A DNA stretch of 33,324 nt from a virus. Its lineage: Duplodnaviria > Caudoviricetes. Both the position numbers and the translations under genes were made by a program. The notes beneath the pieces were generated by a model, which worked only from the letters and a program-made list of their open reading frames with translations, was not told the origin of the DNA and did no database searches. The stretch's first letter is position 1. The number at the start of each line of letters is the position of its first letter. This document shows positions 16,967 through 26,652 of the stretch, one piece after another. The stretch lies in IMG/VR virus record IMGVR_UViG_3300025646_000181, positions 1 through 33,324 of that record. One strand, written 5' to 3'.

Positions 16967-18279
16967 GCGCTTCCTGAGATTACAAATGTAATAATTTCTC
17001 CTTGGACTTGGTTGTTGTTTTTAAAAGTAATTAAGATATCTTCTATAGAACCAGTTCTTGTCATATCGTTTCCTTGAAGTACTTCATTTATTGTTATCCA
17101 ATTGTCGGCCCCATCAGTTGCAGGGTTTGCGCCTCCTAAACAATAAAAAGTTTGATTAGCATTAAAGTACCAATTTCCATCAGTAGATTTTTTAAAAATT
17201 ACTTCAGCACCTGATCCATTTATAGTATCTTGTACTCTAATATCTTCATAATCTGAGCCCGTGCCACATTGCCTAAATGTTCTGTCAGCGATAGAAGGAC
17301 GGATTTCATAGTAACCAGTATTACTAATAGAGGAATAGATTTCTCCTGTTGATTTTATAGCAAACGCCCCCGCTTGGCCTACGTCGTAAGATTTAACCCA
17401 ATCAGTATCAGTTCCTACTTGTATTGGGTATAATTGATCTGTAGTACCTCCCTGCCCACACCCATGGTATTGACCATCACCCATACAAAATAATTTCCCA
17501 CTTTTAGTAATTATAGTAACACCATAATAACTAGAATGCACCCAATCTATAGTTTCTGTCCAGTCTGTAGAAGCATCTGATTTTACTCTAGTCCAACCCA
17601 ATGTTATTCCCGAGCTAAGACCTAATCCTGTTCTACCATATTGATTATATCCACAGCTATAAAGATATTCAGAGCCTATCCCCCCTTTTACTGCAAATGC
17701 TGTATATGGGTATGATGGGAAAATAAATATATCTTTCCAATCTGTGTCAGTACCGAATTGTAGCCATGAACCATATGCATAATTTACTGATTGGTTTGAA
17801 ATATTAGCTGCTTGAGCATAATTGCTAATACTCCCGCACCACCACAAAGTTCCATCTGTTTTGATAGCAAAACATCCATTAGCGTGGGGGGCAAATTTGT
17901 CTACTGAGGTTAGGGTTTCTACAAAGTTGTACGTTTCATTTCCTGTACCTGTTGTGCTTCTCCCCATACTAGTAGTATTAGTTGATCCTGCAGAATACAA
18001 TGCTCCAGTGGACGAAAGAGCAAATATATGATAGGGATTAGCTTTTATTGAAACAATATCGGTTCTGTCAAATATTTGGGCTTTGTATAAAGAAATTGAG
18101 GCACTACTAAATATTTCATCAGCATCAATAATACTATCATTAAATCCTCCTGCTTCAAAATATATTACACCAGTGTCAGTTTCAGAAGGTAGCGTGACAC
18201 CTCCACCACCGCCTTCAACAAAGCTTTTTCCGCTAAAAGCGGCAATTAAAGATGCGTCTATTCCACTAAATTTAGGCAT
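16963..18279 (-). CDS. RCC1/BLIP-II-like beta-propeller protein, candidate receptor-binding tip (438 aa)
   Basis: Repeated blades: ALSSTGALYSAG, AIKTDGTLWWCG, LYSCGYNQYGRTGLG, ITKSGKLFCMGDG..G.GQG, PIQVGTDTDW. Confidence 0.7.
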   Translation of the reverse strand: MPKFSGIDASLIAAFSGKSFVEGGGGGVTLPSETDTGVIYFEAGGFNDSIIDADEIFSSASISLYKAQIFDRTDIVSIKANPYHIFALSSTGALYSAGSTNTTSMGRSTTGTGNETYNFVETLTSVDKFAPHANGCFAIKTDGTLWWCGSISNYAQAANISNQSVNYAYGSWLQFGTDTDWKDIFIFPSYPYTAFAVKGGIGSEYLYSCGYNQYGRTGLGLSSGITLGWTRVKSDASTDWTETIDWVHSSYYGVTIITKSGKLFCMGDGQYHGCGQGGTTDQLYPIQVGTDTDWVKSYDVGQAGAFAIKSTGEIYSSISNTGYYEIRPSIADRTFRQCGTGSDYEDIRVQDTINGSGAEVIFKKSTDGNWYFNANQTFYCLGGANPATDGADNWITINEVLQGNDMTRTGSIEDILITFKNNNQVQGEIITFVISGSA

Positions 18280-18284
18280 GATTA

Positions 18285-20300
18285 TTATAATTCTATCCAG
18301 TCTTGGGATGGGTTAAAATAAATTACTCGAGTAGTACCCTCTACACAATACCCTAAAACTCGAACGTATTCTCCTGCTGTAGAAGGTGGTGTTATAGTTA
18401 CGTCTCCTGCTGTAGTAGAAAGGTAAAGTACGTTACCTGTTCCTAATCCGGCATATACCGTATTTCTAATATATCCTCTAATCATTACTTCAGTAGCAGA
18501 CACTGCTACTCCTAAGTGTTTTGTGGCGGTATCGTCACTTGCGTCAGCAACAATCCAACCACTACCTGAGTAGTGGTAAACTTCACCTGCTGTTAATAAG
18601 GTTCCTGCTAAAGGAGATAATTCACCTTGATATGTGTAGGTAGCATCAGGAAATTTGTGAGTTATACTACCTGTAATTATCACATTGCTGTTTGTAGTTT
18701 GTGAAATATTTAAATTACCTTGAAGTTCTGTGTTTCCTACTAAAGTAATACTATCTGCTGTAGTGTTTCCAACTACTACAGAATCACTAGCATTTATTCC
18801 AATTAAATCTCCTTCAGTCCCTCCAGTTAACTTACCTGTGATTTGAGTATTATTTGTATCTAAATGAACATTACCATTAGTTACTGTAATATTACCAGTG
18901 TCTACAGTAAGAGCATTATCTATACTGATTGAGGTACCTTTAATGTTAGTTGCAAGGTTGCCATTAGCTACTTGAGTAATATTAGAACCATCTATACTAA
19001 GGATGTTTCGTGTAGTACCTCCTGTTTCAGTACCAGCAACATATTTTGAGTTATCTAGTACTAATCTACCTCCAAAGAAATTGTCGCTTGTTCCACTTGA
19101 GCTTATTGTAGTAGCTACTAAGTTAGGGGTTGTAAACACATTTGTTGATGGGTTCCAAGATGGTGTATCTTCTTCAGAATCAGCATATAATTGTTGATTT
19201 CCTGGTGAGGAGCCATCTCTAAATACAACTCCATATTCTGTATCAGCTGTAATAGAAGCAACATTAACATAAGAAGCGTTTGTAGCATTTGTAGCATTTG
19301 TAGCTGAAGCAGCTGCTATAGCTGTGGTAGCAACTGTTGCTAATGAAACGGCTCCATCAACATTAGCACCTGCTACATAAGAAGCAGTAGCAACACTCAT
19401 AGAGCTTGTTTGAGAGTTCTGAATATAAGATGATAGGTCTTGGTCGCCTGTGTTTGTGCCTGAAAGGTTTGAGCCTACTATAGTACCACTTGCACTTACA
19501 TTACCTGAGGCTGTAATATTACCTGTTAAGGTTAAAGAAGTGCCATCAAATGTTAAATTAGCTTCACCATTAATGCCATCTGTACCTGTAGATGTTATAA
19601 TTCTGTTGTCAGAACCATTTGTATAAGTGGCAACAGCTCCACCTCCTCCTGCGGATGCGATAGAGGCTGATACGTCTGCGATACCATCAATTGCTAGAGT
19701 GCCTTGTATTAAAGTATTATTAGATGCTGTTATAGAGGTTCCTTTTATATTAGTTGCAAGGTTACTACTAGCTACTTGAGTAACAAAAGATCCATCTATA
19801 CCAAGGATGTTTCGTGTAGTACCTCCTACAGTACTAGCAACATATTTTGAGTTATCTAGTACTAATCTACCTCCAAAGAAATTATCGCTTGTTCCACTCG
19901 AGCTAATATTACTTGAAGCTGTAATATTACCTTTGAAATCATGATTAGGGTTGCCATTTTTACCATATCGAATAGTAGTAAAATCCGAGTCTGGGCCTAC
20001 ATCTAATAAACCAGAACCTCCCGCTCGGTTTAAGACAATCTTATTATCAAGAGTAAGACTTAATCCTCCATATATATTACCACTTGCACTTATAATTCCC
20101 GAGGCTGTTATATTACCTATTAAGTTTATACTACCAGTAACTTCATTATCGACAGTTATTATAGGACGTACATCTGAATCGTCTCTTAAAAATAGTTTAC
20201 CGTCAGCGGTATTCATAGCCAATTCTCCGGCTACCATCTGCCCCGATGTGGGAGCATTACCTGCAGTTGAACTGCGTTTTAGTTTTACTACTTGTGCCAT
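18285..20300 (-). CDS. fibre protein with T4 gp37-like N-terminus (671 aa)
   Basis: MAQVVKLKRSSTAGNAPT...GELAMNTADGKLFLRDDS resembles the T4 gp37 start (IQFKRSK.AG..P.....GELAINL.D..IFTKDDS); GNITASG repeats; internal duplication. Confidence 0.75.
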   Translation of the reverse strand: MAQVVKLKRSSTAGNAPTSGQMVAGELAMNTADGKLFLRDDSDVRPIITVDNEVTGSINLIGNITASGIISASGNIYGGLSLTLDNKIVLNRAGGSGLLDVGPDSDFTTIRYGKNGNPNHDFKGNITASSNISSSGTSDNFFGGRLVLDNSKYVASTVGGTTRNILGIDGSFVTQVASSNLATNIKGTSITASNNTLIQGTLAIDGIADVSASIASAGGGGAVATYTNGSDNRIITSTGTDGINGEANLTFDGTSLTLTGNITASGNVSASGTIVGSNLSGTNTGDQDLSSYIQNSQTSSMSVATASYVAGANVDGAVSLATVATTAIAAASATNATNATNASYVNVASITADTEYGVVFRDGSSPGNQQLYADSEEDTPSWNPSTNVFTTPNLVATTISSSGTSDNFFGGRLVLDNSKYVAGTETGGTTRNILSIDGSNITQVANGNLATNIKGTSISIDNALTVDTGNITVTNGNVHLDTNNTQITGKLTGGTEGDLIGINASDSVVVGNTTADSITLVGNTELQGNLNISQTTNSNVIITGSITHKFPDATYTYQGELSPLAGTLLTAGEVYHYSGSGWIVADASDDTATKHLGVAVSATEVMIRGYIRNTVYAGLGTGNVLYLSTTAGDVTITPPSTAGEYVRVLGYCVEGTTRVIYFNPSQDWIEL
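18927..19907. repeat. dispersed duplication of about 180 nt within the 671-aa fibre gene
   Basis: About 18927-19106 and 19731-19907 both encode ISSSGTSDNFFGGRLVLDNSKYVA...GGTTRNIL.IDGS..TQVA..NLATNIKGTSI. Confidence 0.9.
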
Positions 20301-20348
20301 ATATATGGTCTATTTTTGAGTTAACAGTATATACTGTGAATATAAATA

Positions 20349-20380
20349 GTAAAGAGCCTCGAAAAAACGAGACTCTTTAC
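20349..20380 (-). terminator. intrinsic terminator-like hairpin after the 760-aa fibre gene
   Basis: GUAAAGAGUCUCG-UUUUUU-CGAGGCUCUUUAC 13-bp stem followed by UAUUUAUAUU, which is also a promoter-motif variant (CTATTTAT). Confidence 0.7.
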
Positions 20381-20400
20381 AAAAAAGTATATATATTTTT

Positions 20401-22683
20401 TTAATAAGTACCGCCGTCAATTACGTTAGTAACTGTGAATGTACCGTCACCATCGGAGATTAATAAATCGCCGTCTGTTGTAGTATTAATTGCGTTTATT
20501 CTGCCGTTAGAATCAGTGTGAATGAAATCACCACCACCTGCAGTTTCGCCATCCCATTCTGCTAAACGGTAATCAGTACCACCTACAACACCTACTTTCC
20601 AGTAATTGCCATCAGTGTCCCAAAGTAACGAACCTGTTTCAGCTGTGTTAGTATCGTGAACTTGGATACCAGCGTCACCTGCTCCATCTGCAGTGTTAAG
20701 GGTAATAATTCTATCACCTAAATTAACTTCGTTTGAGTTAACTGTTGTTAATGAACCTTGGACCGAAACGTCGCCTGTAACTGTTAATCCGGCGAATGTG
20801 GGAGACGCACTTGATGATACTGATTGGTCTAATGTTGCTAAATAACCAGCTTGGGTTGAAGTAATAGATGTGTTTTGTATTTTAGTTACTGTAGCTGAAG
20901 CAATTGTTCCAGTTAAATCACCACCAACTGAAGCACCAGTTGTAATAAAGTTAGTAGAAGCATTTGAGTAGTTTGATAAGTCATTGTCAACTACAAAATC
21001 AATAGTTCCGTCCCCATCTTGATATGTTACTGTAATAAGTGTTTCAGTATTACCTGTAAGCATACCACCAACAATGTCTTCAACTTGTTCAGAACCAGAA
21101 ACGGTACCTGTAGGTAATATAGCACTTACATCACCTGAAGTAACAGTTCCAACTGTTGTGATATTTGCCTGGGTAAAGTGTTCGTCTGCGCTAAAGTTAA
21201 GTAACGAATCATGATCAATATCGCCTACGTGAGCTGTTACATCGCCACTAGTTACAGTGTAATCTGTAATATATCCAGCACCATTAGTTAATTGGTTATT
21301 GTTTGTAGGAATATTTGAAGCAAGTGAAGCGCTTACAGAATCAAAGGCACCACTAATTTGTGCTGCCGTGAGTCCTTTAATTAATGACAATGATGTAACT
21401 TCTGAATCCATCAAAGCGCCTGCAGCTTGAACATTAGTAAAGTCAGTTACATCGGCGTTGTTTTCAACACCGGTTGCAGTACTATACGAGCTTGTTGCAG
21501 CAGTTAAGTTAGCGATTTCAGTATCATTAGCTTGTACACTATTTTCTAATGAAGCTATATCTACACCATCTACAGTTCCCGTAACTGTTATATTGCCTGT
21601 TACACTTAAGGTTTTGCTTAGTGAAATTTGTTCATTAATATCATCTACTATAAGGGTTGTAGAGTTACCTTCTCCTTCTATATCTCCTAATGATAATTTA
21701 AAATTTCCTGTAGATAACTCCCCACTACTACTTAAGTATAATCCACTACCACCTCCATCAGGGGCAGTAAGTCTTATATGGGTATTTGCACCTATAAAAT
21801 CACCATGAGTTTTAATATCTTGGCTAGCACTTATACTATTTCCATATCCTCCTAAATCTATTTCTAGACCAGTCGTAGGAGAAAATTTAACATATGTAGC
21901 AGTTCCTGAACCATTTTTTAATTGAAACCCAGTAAATGAATTTTCTACAGTTAAACTACTTACAGTAACATCTTGCCCATCTAAATTAGCTACTGTTTGA
22001 GAGGAACCTGAAACTGTGCCAGAAGGTAATATAGCACTTACATCACCTGAAGTAACTGTGCCTACTGTAGTAATATTAGCTTGGGTGAAGTGTTCGTCTG
22101 CGCTAAAGTTAAGTAACGAATCGTGGTCGATTTCACCGTCGTTAGTAGCTATTGTTATTGAGCCATCACCGTTAGTAATAGTAAGACCTGTGCCTTCAGT
22201 TAATGTAGCTGCAGCAGGACCACTGGCGCCACCAATGACTAATTGGCCTGAGGTTGTTAGTGCTAAAGCAGATAACGTATCAGTTCCGGAATCTTGTGAA
22301 ATAATAACTGCTTTGTCAGCAAATGATGTTGCATTTGTACCTCCATTAGAGACAGGTAATGTACCTACAAAGCTACCTGCGGCAATTGGTAATTCTACAA
22401 ATGCAGTACCATTATATCTATAAAGTTTATTATCACTTGAAGAGTGAATAAGTAATCCTTCAAAATTGCCATCTAACGATGACGCTAGTGCAGGACCGTC
22501 TGAAATGCTTTCTACTTTTGCATAAGGAAGTGAAGGGCTATTTGAAGCAGAAGCTACAAAAAACGTTGCTCCTAAACCGTTTACTGAACCTGTTGCAAGC
22601 AACAATTCACCTTGTTGTAAAGTAGGTGTAGAAGCTACTAAACTTTCTATACCACCTCTTTTAATTTTAATTACTTGAGCCAT
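20401..22683 (-). CDS. fibre protein (760 aa), KIKR...GEL N-terminus and IDGGTY C-terminus
   Basis: MAQVIKIKRGG...LQQGELL; GTLPVSNGGT fibre motif; Ser/Thr/Gly/Asp-rich; internal duplication. Confidence 0.7.
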   Translation of the reverse strand: MAQVIKIKRGGIESLVASTPTLQQGELLLATGSVNGLGATFFVASASNSPSLPYAKVESISDGPALASSLDGNFEGLLIHSSSDNKLYRYNGTAFVELPIAAGSFVGTLPVSNGGTNATSFADKAVIISQDSGTDTLSALALTTSGQLVIGGASGPAAATLTEGTGLTITNGDGSITIATNDGEIDHDSLLNFSADEHFTQANITTVGTVTSGDVSAILPSGTVSGSSQTVANLDGQDVTVSSLTVENSFTGFQLKNGSGTATYVKFSPTTGLEIDLGGYGNSISASQDIKTHGDFIGANTHIRLTAPDGGGSGLYLSSSGELSTGNFKLSLGDIEGEGNSTTLIVDDINEQISLSKTLSVTGNITVTGTVDGVDIASLENSVQANDTEIANLTAATSSYSTATGVENNADVTDFTNVQAAGALMDSEVTSLSLIKGLTAAQISGAFDSVSASLASNIPTNNNQLTNGAGYITDYTVTSGDVTAHVGDIDHDSLLNFSADEHFTQANITTVGTVTSGDVSAILPTGTVSGSEQVEDIVGGMLTGNTETLITVTYQDGDGTIDFVVDNDLSNYSNASTNFITTGASVGGDLTGTIASATVTKIQNTSITSTQAGYLATLDQSVSSSASPTFAGLTVTGDVSVQGSLTTVNSNEVNLGDRIITLNTADGAGDAGIQVHDTNTAETGSLLWDTDGNYWKVGVVGGTDYRLAEWDGETAGGGDFIHTDSNGRINAINTTTDGDLLISDGDGTFTVTNVIDGGTY
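21091..22131. repeat. dispersed duplication of about 130 nt within the 760-aa fibre gene
   Basis: 21091-21219 and 22003-22131 both encode IDHDSLLNFSADEHFTQANITTVGTVTSGDVSAILP.GTVSGS. Confidence 0.9.
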
Positions 22684-22711
22684 ATTGTGTTATTATTTTC
22701 AAATATACATA

Positions 22712-23002
22712 TTAGAAGTTCCCTAAATCAAGACTTCCATTAAGTGTAAATATATTATTAACTGTTAAATCGTCTGTGTTTACACTGCCTGTTACTACTA
22801 TAGATCCTGTGATGTCTATTTTAGAGGCAGTAGCCAATATCATTCCGTTAATTGAAAGATTACCATTTTCAACTATATTAATGGTTAAACTACCACTGTC
22901 GTCTACAATTAAAGAAGACGATAAGCCACCGTTTGCGGATCCACTAAATATAATGGATCCACTAGCAGGTGTTATGATTATATCTCTTGCGTATATTGGC
23001 AC
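22712..23002 (-). CDS. small fibre-like/adapter protein (96 aa, GTG start, ends LDLGNF)
   Basis: Same SGS/TGS-rich composition as neighbouring fibres; ATATGTAT motif 5 nt upstream (23008-23015). Confidence 0.65.
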   Translation of the reverse strand: MPIYARDIIITPASGSIIFSGSANGGLSSSLIVDDSGSLTINIVENGNLSINGMILATASKIDITGSIVVTGSVNTDDLTVNNIFTLNGSLDLGNF

Positions 23003-23016
23003 TGGTTATACATATG

Positions 23017-24879
23017 TTATTGTACTGTTTCGAGACTAGGAACGTCAGTTCTTTCACCTTTTATTTCCCAGTAAAAATGGACGTTTTCTCTATTATCGCC
23101 ACATCCAAAATATAACCAATTGCTTTCTAATTTTTTAAAATATAAAGGCTGCCAATCACCAATAGGGGTAATTTGAACAGTGATGCCTTTTTTATCTATC
23201 ATTGCTCTCCATTCAGGAGGTAATTTTGCTTTTAATTCTTTTGATTCCCCACGGCAGTAAATTCCATGTTCAGGTCCCTCAAGCGCACCATAAACTAATC
23301 GTTTACCTTTACGTGTTGGGTGGGGAATATCGAAGGACTTTACTCTTGCGCGAATTGTACCGTCTGCTGTAATATTATTTACTGTGGTAGTATCAAGGGC
23401 CCCTGAAATATGAATTTGGTGGCTTTGATTACTTCCTGAACCAAAAAATATTTGATTGTCTAATAAATTTGGTACGTCGTTTGATCTACCAGCACCTAAA
23501 ATAAAACCAGATCCATTTTCTGCTACTTTATCTACTATACCTAAGTTTTGAATTAAATTAGATCCTGTTGGTTTAACATTTGTATAACCACCATCCGCTG
23601 CTACATAAACAGTATCACCTTCATTAAAGCCAATGGTGTTAACTCCATTAATGTATCCAACAGCAATTGCTAATCCTTCAGCATCATCTGCTAATGTTTC
23701 ATTTAGAATAAAGTGAGCAGGCATTGTAGCTGCATTTGAAGCGGATGCTGCTATAACTTCACTAGTGTTACCTGCGGTACCAGTAACGTGGACTGGGTAT
23801 CCTTTTATTAATTCTCCTCCAGAGACGTTTTTAACATTGGCATATACTGTTGTTCTAGTAAATGATAAATTGCCAGCACCGTCTGTTATTAATGTATCGC
23901 CATTATCACCGTCGGTTGTTGGGTAGTTTATACCTGCGGCAGTTAACGAACCTGTTATATCAACACTACCTGTAAATTGGTGGGTGTCGTCTAATGTATC
24001 TCCAAAAATTGTCGAACCACTAGAGAACGACTGTGTCATATAAGTGACTGAAGATGAAACTATATAATTTTGGGCTATAATATCACCTTCAACTGTGAGA
24101 TCTCCTGAGAATGAACCATTATTAGCGGTAAGATCTCCACTGCTGCTGATACTGCCATCTTGGCCTATTAATTGGATTTTAGTAGTTCCGGCATTGTTTA
24201 AAAGTAAATTGCACCAATCAGAGTTTATATTATTAGGGGCACCTAAACGAGCGTTTATGTTACCCGTAGTTGTATCTTTTAGGGTGATTATAGGAACATC
24301 ATTAGATATTTCTATATTACCCGATATTATTAACCCTACACCACTATAGCCTCCTATAGATCCTTGTCCAATTGTTAAAGCTTCTTTAGGTTCTAGTGGG
24401 GAGTCCGAACTATTAACTGAAAAAATTAAACTACCATATGCAACGTTCAAGTTTTCATCAATAACTCTTGAAAATATTTCTGCCGAACTACCGCTTCTAA
24501 TAAATTGAGTTTTAGTTTTACCATTAGTAAATGAAGATGATTCTATTACAAATGAAATTCTACCTGTTTCATCTCCTGCTGAAATTTTGGCATCTGAAGG
24601 TTTTGCTGTTCTTAAAACTATATCAGCAGGTTCGGTGCTCGTATTACCTCTAACGTCCAAAAATGATTTAGGATCTCTAGTATTTATACCTATTTTAGAA
24701 TCATTACCAGACGATGTTATAAACAATAGACTAACTGGATTTGAACCTGCTCTATATAGTTTAGTTTCTAACGAATTATTTTTAGTAGGACCTAAAGCTA
24801 ATACATCATCTCCACTATAAAATTTTAGTGAACCTGTTGGATCTGACCCTGATACAAATATTAGATTACTTATTAACAT
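23017..24879 (-). CDS. fibre protein (620 aa) with beta-clip/cement-like internal domain and KSFDIPHP...LEGPE C-terminal domain
   Basis: KIGINT..P...LDVRG, SSGSTIFGDTLDDTHQFTGS and YPTTDG..G..L.TDGAGNLSF fibre motifs; the distinct C-terminal domain may be chaperone-like (uncertain). Confidence 0.7.
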   Translation of the reverse strand: MLISNLIFVSGSDPTGSLKFYSGDDVLALGPTKNNSLETKLYRAGSNPVSLLFITSSGNDSKIGINTRDPKSFLDVRGNTSTEPADIVLRTAKPSDAKISAGDETGRISFVIESSSFTNGKTKTQFIRSGSSAEIFSRVIDENLNVAYGSLIFSVNSSDSPLEPKEALTIGQGSIGGYSGVGLIISGNIEISNDVPIITLKDTTTGNINARLGAPNNINSDWCNLLLNNAGTTKIQLIGQDGSISSSGDLTANNGSFSGDLTVEGDIIAQNYIVSSSVTYMTQSFSSGSTIFGDTLDDTHQFTGSVDITGSLTAAGINYPTTDGDNGDTLITDGAGNLSFTRTTVYANVKNVSGGELIKGYPVHVTGTAGNTSEVIAASASNAATMPAHFILNETLADDAEGLAIAVGYINGVNTIGFNEGDTVYVAADGGYTNVKPTGSNLIQNLGIVDKVAENGSGFILGAGRSNDVPNLLDNQIFFGSGSNQSHQIHISGALDTTTVNNITADGTIRARVKSFDIPHPTRKGKRLVYGALEGPEHGIYCRGESKELKAKLPPEWRAMIDKKGITVQITPIGDWQPLYFKKLESNWLYFGCGDNRENVHFYWEIKGERTDVPSLETVQ

Positions 24880-24882
24880 TTT

Positions 24883-25566
24883 TTAAAATTTGTAGGCTTT
24901 ATAGTTAACAACTACTTCATACTCAGCATTACTTAAATCTGATGTGTCTAAATTAGATCCTGTAATCCATTTGAATATAGCATAATCACTAGTAGGTCCG
25001 TGGAGTTGGAAATTACTGTAAGATAAACCAAAGAACGCAGTAGTGAGGGAGTTTATTAAAAGTACACGCTGATAAGGTACGTCAGCGGTTTGTGGTATAA
25101 ATGAACTACCTTGAACTGAAGTAGATTCATCTGTGGTAAAATCGGAAGAATCCGGATCCCATCCTATATTCCCTATAGCTTCTCCACGATCAATTGTTCC
25201 ATCTGATAAAGTAAATTTATAACTAGCATTAAAATCAACAGAATGGTTTGTTATAGGTGTTTTAAATAAGTTTACATCCCATTCACCTGAACCATCAAAT
25301 GAACCTGTGATTAAAACAACACCACTTTCAATACCCGAGTTCATATTTTCTCCTATAATAGGAGTATCAGCAGCAACATCAGTATTATCTGTTTGGCTAC
25401 CAGAAATACGAAGGGTTTGGAGTGATATATTTTGTTTTACGTCATTGTCTGAACCACTACCATAATATAAATTACCATTGTCAACGTTAATAGCAAATTC
25501 GCCTTGTTGTAAAGACGAAGGAACTGAATTTTGAGTACCGCTTTTTAATTTAATTACTGTTGCCAT
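24883..25566 (-). CDS. short fibre protein with gp37-like N-terminus (227 aa)
   Basis: MATVIKLKSG....VPSSLQQGEFAINVDNGNLYYG; ATATGTAT motif 5 nt upstream (25572-25579). Confidence 0.7.
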   Translation of the reverse strand: MATVIKLKSGTQNSVPSSLQQGEFAINVDNGNLYYGSGSDNDVKQNISLQTLRISGSQTDNTDVAADTPIIGENMNSGIESGVVLITGSFDGSGEWDVNLFKTPITNHSVDFNASYKFTLSDGTIDRGEAIGNIGWDPDSSDFTTDESTSVQGSSFIPQTADVPYQRVLLINSLTTAFFGLSYSNFQLHGPTSDYAIFKWITGSNLDTSDLSNAEYEVVVNYKAYKF

Positions 25567-25581
25567 TGTATATACATATGT

Positions 25582-25746
25582 TTAAAATGATCCTCCATCT
25601 ATAGATCCTATGAAAGAAGCAGTAACTGCTGATTTGGGGATAAATAGTGAACCTGTGCCATCTGTAATATCGCCACTACCGGATTTTTGCAATAATCGCT
25701 GGTACGTATCTTCTATATTTTGACCTGTTAAATCCGGAAGGGCCAT
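25582..25746 (-). CDS. 54-aa mini protein MALPDLTGQNIEDTYQRLLQ...IDGGSF
   Basis: Below the track cutoff; ATG 6 nt after the previous stop, fills the gap, ends in the same IDGGSF hexapeptide as the 753-aa fibre. Confidence 0.8.
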   Translation of the reverse strand: MALPDLTGQNIEDTYQRLLQKSGSGDITDGTGSLFIPKSAVTASFIGSIDGGSF

Positions 25747-25752
25747 AATTTA

Positions 25753-26319
25753 TTATTTTAATTTTGAAAGTCCACTTATTACACCATTAACAATTTTGTC
25801 TTTTTGAACTTCGTTAATAGGATGCTTTTCTAGATAAGTAGCAACAATGTGATTTAGTTTATTTTTTCTAAAAGATACATTACTTAAATTAATATCTTCT
25901 TTAATCAATAATTTGAGAATGTTTAATACGTGATCTTTTTCTTTGTTTGTAACTTCGTTAACATTTTTAACTTTTACAGACGGTTTAGATTCTTTAATAA
26001 CTTCTTTAGTTTGCGACTTAACTTCTACTTGAACTTTTTTAGACGCTTCAACTTCAAAATCTGATTCCCAAGGGGTAAAATAAGTGTCTTCAGCAATAAC
26101 TTCGAGTTTAATTGTTCCTTTAACGTTTTCACCTAAAAGGCCCTTAAGGCGCTTAACAGGGATTTGGCATTTTCCTTTACTATCGATGTTACCTTTAAAA
26201 AGCAAAGCTAAATCTTCGGTCTCGATAACTAAGCGAGCCTTAGAGTCAGTTAACGATGCTCCTTCAAGTTGAATGTCGCATTCAAATAATTCTTGTTTGT
26301 CTGTGTATAATTTGTACAT
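25753..26319 (-). CDS. hypothetical protein (188 aa)
   Basis: Intact ORF tightly packed in the operon; beta-rich N-terminal part and Lys-rich helical C-terminal part. Confidence 0.75.
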   Translation of the reverse strand: MYKLYTDKQELFECDIQLEGASLTDSKARLVIETEDLALLFKGNIDSKGKCQIPVKRLKGLLGENVKGTIKLEVIAEDTYFTPWESDFEVEASKKVQVEVKSQTKEVIKESKPSVKVKNVNEVTNKEKDHVLNILKLLIKEDINLSNVSFRKNKLNHIVATYLEKHPINEVQKDKIVNGVISGLSKLK

Positions 26320-26322
26320 ATC

Positions 26323-26652
26323 TTAGAGTATTTTTACGTTAATACCTAGTACTTCTTTCGCAAGGATTTTAACGTCTTTAACTGTAACTTTAATTTCTTT
26401 GATTTCCTTTTCTTCTTTAAGTACTTTACCTTGGGTTTTGTATATTAGTTTTATTAAGCGTTTTTTCTTTTTTTCGTCTTTAAATAGAGGATGTACGTAA
26501 TCGTCGTCAACCATCCCACCTCTACGGCGGGCTTCTTCTACAACCTCGTCAACAATTTCTTCTACTAATGCAACGTCATCCCAAGTATAGGGATTATCGT
26601 TCCATGCAAAATTTGCTGTGTTCCATTTATATGGTGTTCTTACTGTTGCCAT
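26323..26652 (-). CDS. hypothetical protein (109 aa) with Trp-repeat N-terminus and Lys-rich C-terminus
   Basis: TAATG overlap with the 753-aa gene; YKWNTANFAWNDNPYTWDD. Confidence 0.7.
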   Translation of the reverse strand: MATVRTPYKWNTANFAWNDNPYTWDDVALVEEIVDEVVEEARRRGGMVDDDYVHPLFKDEKKKKRLIKLIYKTQGKVLKEEKEIKEIKVTVKDVKILAKEVLGINVKIL

